Of a stretch of DNA of 5,692 bases, positions 1-5,692 are shown one piece after another. The stretch comes from Fonticula alba ATCC 38817. Its lineage: Eukaryota; Protista; Nucleariida. Numbering within the stretch: the first letter of the stretch is position 1; each line of letters opens with the position of its first letter. The stretch lies in NCBI GenBank assembly GCA_000388065.2, contig KB932245.1. One strand, 5' to 3'. The position numbers and the translations under genes are program-made. The notes under the pieces were generated by a model. That model was not told the origin of the DNA. It did not search any database and saw nothing but the letters and a program-made list of their open reading frames with translations.

Positions 1-2
1 TG

Positions 3-12
3 GTCACGTGAC
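3..12. promoter_or_regulatory. Perfect palindromic E-box GTCACGTGAC (bHLH-zip site of Cbf1/USF/MiT-TFE CLEAR type)
   Basis: A 10-bp perfect palindrome with a CACGTG core. The target gene is unknown and may lie outside the window. Confidence 0.35.
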
Positions 13-86
13 AACCCGTGACCAATTCTGGGATTTGGGCGGCGAAGGTTACATTCATATGGCATTGTGTGGGGTTGAATGGCACG

Positions 87-158
87 GGGAAATTAGTCTA
101 GTGGTATGATTCTCGCTTAGGGTGCGAGAGGTCCCGGGTTCGATTCCCGGATTTCCCC
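87..158 (+). tRNA. tRNA-Pro, anticodon AGG (119-121), intronless, eukaryotic (CCA not encoded)
   Basis: Complete cloverleaf read from the sequence. Acceptor stem GGGAAAT(87-93)/ATTTCCC(151-157); D arm GTCT-AGTGGTA-TGAT; anticodon stem CTCGC/GCGAG with loop TTAGGGT; T arm CCGGG-TTCGATT-CCCGG; discriminator C158. A box TAGTCTAGTGG (94-104) and B box GGTTCGATTCC (137-147). The core matches the conserved eukaryotic tRNA-Pro body, and A34 (edited to inosine) in tRNA-Pro is a eukaryotic trait. Confidence 0.97.
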
Positions 159-162
159 TTGC

Positions 163-167
163 TTTTT
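163..167 (+). terminator. RNA polymerase III terminator (T5)
   Basis: TTTTT begins 5 nt after the tRNA discriminator base, the standard position for Pol III termination. Confidence 0.8.
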
Positions 168-244
168 GGCCGGCGCGCGTCTGCCGCGGTGTTTCGGCGC
201 CCGGCGGGGGGCGGGGCTTGTGCGCGGGGGAGGAATGGCCGGCA

Positions 245-257
245 TTTTTATTTTTTT
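245..257. terminator. AT island: T5-A-T7 on + (backup Pol III terminator); AATAAA on - at 247-252 (candidate poly(A) signal)
   Basis: The sequence is TTTTTATTTTTTT, the only long A/T tract between the two convergent genes. Its reverse complement contains AATAAA. Confidence 0.4.
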
Positions 258-586
258 CAATATGCAACGCGCGGCAATCGCGGGTGCGGGGGGCCCGGTG
301 GCCGGTCTCGGCCAAGCATTGGATGGGTCTCTGCTGCCTTGCCTGGGGCCCGAGCGGGGGGTCGGCCCGTGAGCTGGCCGCGCACTCGGGCGCCCACCCC
401 TGGGCCAGGTGGAGCCGCCTGGGGGCCTTTTCGGGCCCCACCCCCGGAGCCCGGGCCAAGACATGTGGGAGGGCTGCCCTGCTCTGGCCATGAGGGGGCG
501 CTGTTGGCGGCCTCGATGCCGGACCGGCTGGCGGCCGGCCGCCCTCATTCCCCGGCCCAGGCGGCTACGTGCGGCCGCGCTGGCAT

Positions 587-605
587 CCCCCCCCCCCCCT
601 CCCCC
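587..605. repeat. C13-T-C5 homopolymer tract
   Basis: Read directly from the sequence. Confidence 0.85.
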
Positions 606-889
606 GCCAGCACACCATTCCGGCCACCCCGCTGCCTGTCCCCTCTCCCGGTCCGGGGCCGCGGGGCATGCCCTCGGCGCAGGCGGCGCGGACACAATGT
701 GGCAAGAGGCAGCCTCACATGGCGACTGGCCGGTGGGCGTTCACACGGACACGCATGTTTCGCATCGTGCACACATATCAGGCGCGTGCGCAGGGGGCAC
801 AGTGCCAAGGGGGCGGACGCATGCATGGGGGTGTATTATCCGGGCCGGCCGGGGCGCCGGGGGCGTTGGCTCGGAGTCCCCCACGGCCC

Positions 890-906
890 GGGGGGGGGGG
901 GGGGGG
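890..906. repeat. G17 homopolymer tract
   Basis: Read directly from the sequence. Confidence 0.85.
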
Positions 907-1046
907 CACGGCCACCTGGCGCGTGGCGGCTCCTGGCCGGCAGGGCGCCCCGGGGCGAGGGAGGCCCGACATGGGGCCCGGTGCCCGGGGCGGGGGCAGG
1001 CCCCGCCGGCGGGTGCCTCTTACAGGGCCCCGCGCCCCGGTCCGGC

Positions 1047-4000
1047 TCAAGCAAGGACCCGCATCTCCAGCGGATCGACCGTGCTCTTGGGCGCGCGTCG
1101 CTTGGCCACCCAGACGCCGGTGGCCGCGGCGCCGATCATCAAGAGCAGCAGGCCCAGGCCCAGGCCCAGGCCCAGGCCCAGGGCCAGGGTGTTGCCGGGC
1201 CCGGTCGAGGGGGCCGGGCAGCCCGCGGGCCCGGGCCCGGTGCAGGTGCGGCAATCCGCGTGGCAGGCGTGGCAGGCCGATGTGGCCGGGTCGGGGAAAT
1301 GGCCCTCGGGGCAGGCGGCCACGCAGTCGGTGCCATGCAGCAGGAAGCGCCCGCCGGCGCACCGGTCGCAGGTGGCGATGGCCGGGCACACCAGCGCCCC
1401 GGTGGCATCGGGCAGGCAGCCGGGCTGGTCCGGGCCGGCGGTGCAGCCGTCGCACCCGGGCCCGCAGGCCAGGCACACGCGGGTGGGCTGCTCGACCGGG
1501 GCGAAGGCCGCCGGGCAGGCGGCGGCGCAGGTGCCCTGCTCGGCCAGCAGGAGGCCCGTGGCGCAGGCCGTGCAGAAGTCCCCCCGGCCGAGGCAGGCCC
1601 GGCAGTGGCCCTGGCAGTCGTGGCAGGTGTCGGCCGAGGCGGCGAACTGCCCGGCCGGGCAGGCCGCCAGGCAGGCCCCCTTCGACAGGAGGAGGCCGGC
1701 CTCGCAGCCGGTGCAGGCGTCGGCCGCGGTGCAGCCGGTNNNNNNNNNNNNNNNNNNNNNNNNNNNNNNNNNNNNNNNNNNNNNNNNNNNNNNNNNNNNN
1801 NNNNNNNNNNNNNNNNNNNNNNNNNNNNNNNNNNNNNNNNNNNNNNNNNNNNNNNNNNNNNNNNNNNNNNNNNNNNNNNNNNNNNNNNNNNNNNNNNNNN
1901 NNNNNNNNNNNNNNNNNNNNNNNNNNNNNNNNNNNNNNNNNNNNNNNNNNNNNNNNNNNNNNNNNNNNNNNNNNNNNNNNNNNNNNNNNNNNNNNNNNNN
2001 NNNNNNNNNNNNNNNNNNNNNNNNNNNNNNNNNNNNNNNNNNNNNNNNNNNNNNNNNNNNNNNNNNNNNNNNNNNNNNNNNNNNNNNNNNNNNNNNNNNN
2101 NNNNNNNNNNNNNNNNNNNNNNNNNNNNNNNNNNNNNNNNNNNNNNNNNNNNNNNNNNNNNNNNNNNNNNNNNNNNNNNNNNNNNNNNNNNNNNNNNNNN
2201 NNNNNNNNNNNNNNNNNNNNNNNNNNNNNNNNNNNNNNNNNNNNNNNNNNNNNNNNNNNNNNNNNNNNNNNNNNNNNNNGCCGGCCTGGCAGTCGTGGCA
2301 GGTGTCGGCCGAGGCGGCAAACTGCCCGGCCGGGCAGGCCGCCAGGCAGGCCCCCTTCGACAGGAGGAGGCCGGGCTGGCAGGCGGAGCACACGGCCGCG
2401 CAGGCCGGCCCGCCGGCGGCCGAGCACCGGGTGCAGGCGTCCGGGCAGGGGGCGCACATGCCGGAGGGGGCGCACTCGAGCCAGCCCTCCGGGCAGCTGG
2501 CCACGCACAGGCCGGTCGGGCCCCGCAGCCAGCCCGGCTGGCAGTCGATGCAGGCGCCCGGCCGGTCGCAAGTCCGGCAGGAGGCGTCACAGGCCAGGCA
2601 CTCGGAGCCGGGGGCACTTTCATGCCAGCCGGCCGGGCAGCCGGCCAGGCAGGCCTCCGGGGCCTCGGGCAGCCAGAACCGACAGCCGGTGCACTCGGCC
2701 GGGCCGGGCCCGGTGCACGCGAGGCAGGTGTCATGGCAGGCCTGGCAGGCGAAGCCCATGCTGAAGCTGCCCCCCGGGCAGGCGGGCTCCAGCGACAGGA
2801 CCGCCAGGCCGGTGGCCTGGGCAAAGGTCAGCAGGCGGAGGCCCGGGCCGGGGGCCCCGGGCAGCCGGGCCAGCGGCTGCCACAGCTCCATGGTGCTGGG
2901 CAGCGGGCTCGGCAGGATGGTGAAGGTGGCCGGGAGCAGGGTGCAGGGCCCGGGCCCCGGGGCCGAGGGGCACCACAGCGGGGCCACCCCGAGGAAGCCC
3001 CGGGCCAGGAGCACCAGGGCGCTCGGGTAGTCGGGCCGGGAGTCCGGCAGGGGCAGGGCCTCGAACCGCATGTCGTAGGGGTTCAGGGCGCCGGGGCCCA
3101 GCGGGAGCGGCAGGGGCCCGAGGGTCTGGCGGCCGAAGGGCAGGTCGGTGGACCGCCCGGCCGGCAGCATGTCCCCCGGCAGGCGGAGGACCTGCCACTG
3201 GGAGTCCACGATGCCGGTGAGCACGAGCTCCGTGTGGAGCTCGGCCCCGGGCCGGGGGAGGTGCACCGGCTCGGCATTGGGGAAGGGGGCTTTTTGGGGC
3301 AGGAGGCGCCCGTGAAGGGCCGCCGTCCGGGCATCGGCATGGAGCATGGCCACCGGGCGGAGGGACCATCGGCCGGCCTGGTCGAGCAGCGCGTGCCAGG
3401 CCCCGGTGCTGGGGCTGGCACGCGCGGCGCTGCCCGGCCCGGCCGGCAGCCGGGCCGCCATGTGGAAGCCATGCAGCATGTCACTCTGGAGCATGGTGCC
3501 TGGCAGGTCCAGCTCGTGGACGGTGGCAAAGGACCGGCTGCGCGTGACGAAGGCGGTGGCCGTGAGCCGGGTGAATGCCGCGTCCGCCGGGGTCGATAGG
3601 ATGGGCATGTGGCCGGGGTCGGTGGCTGTGCATGGCCCGGGGGCCGGGCAGCTCAGCCACAGGGAGGAGAAGGTGTCCTGCCGGCGGGCCAGGTGCACCA
3701 TCATCAACTTGCCATTGTGCAGGAGGGGGCCCATCTCCAGGAAGCTGGCGATGGGGTCGATCAGGTGCAGGGGGTTGAAGAGGGAGACTTCCACCGGCGG
3801 GGGCTTGTCCGGCAGGCCGACGTCGCTCGCCGGCATGAGGAGGGTCCTCTTGTCGCTGGTGAAGAGGAGGACATTGGCCGGGGGCTGGGCGTAGTCGGGG
3901 GCCGGGATGATGGGCAGGCCGGTGGTCGGGTCGAAGGACAGCCGGGTCATGCCGAAGCCGGTGATGGTGACGCCGGCCGGCAGGCCGGGGACCGGCTCCG

Positions 4001-5662
4001 GCCGGGGGATGCCCAATGCCGGCCGGGCCGGGTGCAGGGTGTCCGGCAGGCAGGCCCCGGCCACCGGGACGAAGCCCGACGAGCAGGCGGCCACGCACAC
4101 GGCCGACGGGCCGGGGCCGCTGAACTCCAGAAGGAAGGGGTCGGCACAGACGAGGCAGCCGCCGGCGTGGCAGGTCAGGCAGTGGGCCTGCGGGCATGGC
4201 CGGCACACGTGGAAGGGGCTGGCAAAGGGCGGCTCATCTGCCGGGGCGGCGGCGGCGGCGGCGGTGAGTGGCCATTCGAGGAGCCGATCGGGCATGGCGG
4301 CGGCGGGGCGAGGGGGGACATACCGACCGGGCGGTCCAGGTAGAAGCCATCGGCGCAGCCGGCGCACAGGAAGTCCGGCGAGACGAGGGGCGCCGCGGCC
4401 CGGCCCGCGGCGCAGGCCCAGGCCCCGGGCGAGTGGGTGGTCGTGGTGTCGCTGTCGCAGGTGATGCTCCGGTCGGTGGGGCACTTGAAGGAGGCCGAGT
4501 CGAAGAGGACCGCCTGGCCGGCGACGAGCAGCCACTGGCCCGGGTGGTGGGGGTCGGCCGGGTCAACCCGTAGCCGGGCCAGTTGCAATGCCCCGGCGGT
4601 GGCCGCCGGCGGGAGGACCGCCCGGCGCCAGGTGAGCCGGCCGGGCTGGACCTCCACCTGCCACAGGCCGGCCGGGGTGACATAGTAAAATTGGGCATGC
4701 GGGCTGTCGAGGGAGGCGGCCGGGGCGGCGAGGAGCCGGCCGCCGGGAGGGGCGCCCGGGGGCAGGGCATCGGCCACCGGGGTGCCCACGCCGCCGGAGC
4801 CGCCCTGGCAGGGCAGCACCAGGACCTGGCCATTGTCCAGAAGCAGGACAAGGTCCGCGGCATCGGGGCAGGCCCCGGCCGACGAGAGGACCCGCGTGGC
4901 GGCCAGGCCGACGGCCGGGGCCGGGAGCGTTTCCCGCGTGACGGCGGGCGCCTGGTGGCCGGCGCCGAGGGCCATGCGGTACAGCTGGTCCTGGGAGGTG
5001 AGGTAAAATTGGCGCCCGGCCCCGGGGACGGCCAGGACCGGCTGGGCCAGCCCCGGCAGGCCGGTGGCCACCTCGGTCAGGGCGGTGGTCGTCAGCGAGG
5101 CCAGGAAGGGCGTGCGGGCCCCGGGGCCCGGCGGGCCGAGCAGGCCGAGGACATCCGCCTGGTCGAAGCCGACCGCCACGCCGGCCAGCAGCTCGGCGCC
5201 CGGGGCCGGCAGGGGCAGCTGGCTGGCCGCCTGGAAGAGGGCCACCCACTGGTCGGTATGCTCGACCAGGGTCGGCCGGGCGCCGGGCGCCGGCGGGAGG
5301 AGCATGACGGCCGCGGTGGCCGGATTGTCGGGGCGCGGGCTGGACACCGAGCTGAACCCGGGCTCGAAGAAGGCGCCCCACCGGTACTCCGGGCTGAGGG
5401 CCATGGCGTTGGCTTGGGCCAATTGCTCGAAGACCCGCGGGCCGGTGCGGATGTTGGTGAGCGAGGGCTTGCCGGGGGAGGTGAAGAAGGTGCCCGGGCC
5501 TTGGGCATGGATCACGGCCTGGTGGGGCCCGGCGTGGAGGATGACATCGGGCCCGGTGTCAGCCCCGGCAAGGGGGGCCGCCAGCAGGCTGAGCATCATG
5601 GCGCCGGCGGCCAGCAGGGCGGCCAGCGGGGCCGGCCGCCGTCGGGACGGCATTTCGACCAT
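1047..5662 (-). CDS. Large type I transmembrane protein with furin-like cysteine-rich repeats (receptor/adhesin-like, no kinase domain); two exons, 4324-5662 and 1047-4237; about 1509 aa nominal
   Basis: The protein-like part of ORF 4175..5662 (signal peptide through ...CAGCADGFYLDRPV) continues in the frame of ORF 1047..4535 (DEPPFASPFHVCRPCPQAHCLTC...) after removing a GT-AG intron. Exon lengths 1339+3191=4530 nt give 1510 codons including TGA at 1047-1049. Codons mostly end in C/G. The product has an N-terminal signal peptide, many CxxC..CPxG repeats, one hydrophobic helix followed by KRR, and then the stop. The start could be M1 (5662) or M4 (5653). True length is uncertain because of the gap. 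Confidence 0.88.
1104..1187 (-). other. Transmembrane helix
   Basis: LALGLGLGLGLGLLLLMIGAAATGVWVA is followed by KRR (positive-inside rule) and has a Trp near the membrane interface. Confidence 0.88.
1149..1182. repeat. (CAGGCC)5.7 hexamer microsatellite encoding (Leu-Gly)5 in the TM helix
   Basis: Five perfect CAGGCC copies at 1149-1178 followed by a partial copy. Confidence 0.9.
1610..1699. repeat. 90-bp direct repeat, copy 1 (left of gap), encoding most of GLLLSKGACLAACPAGQFAASADTCHDCQ
   Basis: 89/90 identical to 2285-2374. The only mismatch is G1644 vs A2319, a synonymous TTC/TTT Phe codon. Confidence 0.95.
1740..2279. other. Assembly gap (540 N) inside the CDS
   Basis: Run of N, read directly. 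Confidence 0.99.
2285..2374. repeat. 90-bp direct repeat, copy 2 (right of gap)
   Basis: 89/90 identical to 1610-1699, at an offset of 675 nt in this assembly. Confidence 0.95.
4238..4323 (-). other. Spliceosomal intron, 86 nt, phase 1
   Basis: Donor G|GTATGT (4323-4318), branch-like ACTCAC (4269-4264, branch A at 4265) and acceptor GGCAG| (AG at 4239-4238). This is the only AG in the intron. Removing it joins the two coding frames exactly (G+AT = Asp). Confidence 0.88.
4245..4262. repeat. (GGC)6 / (GCC)6 trinucleotide microsatellite inside the intron
   Basis: Read directly; lies between the branch site and the 3' AG. Confidence 0.85.
5561..5662 (-). other. Signal peptide (about 34 aa)
   Basis: MVEMPSRRRPAPLAALLAAGAMMLSLLAAPLAGA|DTG has a basic n-region, a hydrophobic h-region and an A-G-A cleavage motif. 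Confidence 0.8.
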
Positions 5663-5675
5663 CGGCGCGAGAGCA

Positions 5676-5692
5676 GGGGCGGGGCGGGGGGG
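5676..5692. promoter_or_regulatory. GC-box-like G tracts (GGGGCGGGGCGGGGGGG) just upstream of the start codon
   Basis: Located 14-30 nt upstream of ATG 5662 and truncated by the window edge. Function is inferred only. Confidence 0.2.

Larger units (their letters stand above)
1218..2783 (-). other. Cys-rich array 2: about 7 visible furin-like/growth-factor-receptor repeats, plus more probably hidden in the gap
   Basis: Repeating CPxG(W/F)..CxxC...CxxC...CxxC..G..L...C...C units of about 46-50 aa, e.g. CPEGHFPDPATSACHACHADCRTCTGPGPAGC. Confidence 0.85.
4050..4483 (-). other. Cys-rich module 1 (furin-like), interrupted by the intron
   Basis: CPTDRSITC...C...CAGCADGFYL...CRPCPQAHCLTCHAGGCLVCADPFLL...CVAACSSGFVPVAGAC. 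Confidence 0.75.

Noticed and set aside
49-60. TTACATTCATAT about 30 nt upstream of the tRNA as a TATA-like TFIIIB site
   Set aside because: The position is plausible, but it does not match a TATA consensus and is too weak to call.
55-695. Short ORFs overlapping the tRNA and spacer (55..459, 117..695, 122..493, 166..372)
   Set aside because: They overlap a clear tRNA or GC-rich spacer and show no recognisable domains.
1018-1023. GTAAGA donor-like site on the minus strand
   Set aside because: It lies downstream of the TGA, so it cannot extend the CDS, and I found no convincing partner exon.
1610-2374. CRISPR array or transposon terminal repeats as the source of the direct repeats
   Set aside because: The repeats are in-frame coding units of a eukaryotic Cys-rich protein. 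There is no spacer structure, cas gene, transposase or target-site duplication.
569-2824. Other long ORFs (569..2764 +, 778..2571 -, 1139..2824 -)
   Set aside because: Arg/Pro/Gly-rich alternative frames inflated by high GC and the stop-free N gap; no protein-like features.
409-3030. 873-aa plus-strand ORF
   Set aside because: Antisense shadow of the Cys repeats. Stops in this frame need sense Tyr codons or T-CA junctions, and it ends exactly at a GAC-TAC (Asp-Tyr) pair.
159-3599. 1146-aa plus-strand ORF (and 3609..4343 in the same frame)
   Set aside because: It is the codon-aligned antisense of the real gene. Stops would require sense codons TTA/CTA/TCA, which a C/G-ending codon bias avoids. 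The product is low-complexity G/A/R sequence.
4264-4269. GTGAGT donor consensus on the plus strand
   Set aside because: It is simply the reverse complement of the minus-strand branch site ACTCAC, and no plus-strand gene is supported here.
4175-4323. Frameshift or pseudogene explanation for the frame change
   Set aside because: A canonical GTATGT...CTCAC...CAG intron of exactly the required phase explains it.
4324-4535. N-terminal part of ORF 1047..4535 (MAARRRPGG...) as a real gene start
   Set aside because: It has no signal peptide, reads as an off-frame translation of exon 1, and only becomes protein-like after the splice acceptor at 4238.

Overview
Very GC-rich eukaryotic DNA containing two convergent genes. 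On the + strand is an intronless tRNA-Pro(AGG) at 87-158 with its Pol III T-tract. On the - strand is one large two-exon gene, join(complement 4324-5662, 1047-4237), that the ORF track shows as two overlapping ORFs in different frames; an 86-nt GT-AG intron at 4238-4323 joins them. The spliced product (about 1509 aa nominal, 180 codons of it in an N gap) is a type I membrane protein: signal peptide, Cys-poor domain A, Cys-rich module, Cys-poor domain B, a long array of furin-like/growth-factor-receptor Cys-rich repeats, an (LG)5 transmembrane helix and an 18-aa tail with no kinase domain. A 540-N gap lies inside the repeat array between two near-identical 90-bp copies, which suggests a collapsed, recently expanded tandem repeat of about 138 bp. 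The style (extreme GC, PGPGP linkers, furin-like arrays) resembles the nucleariid slime mould Fonticula alba, but that is recollection and has not been verified. The other long ORFs are GC-bias shadows.
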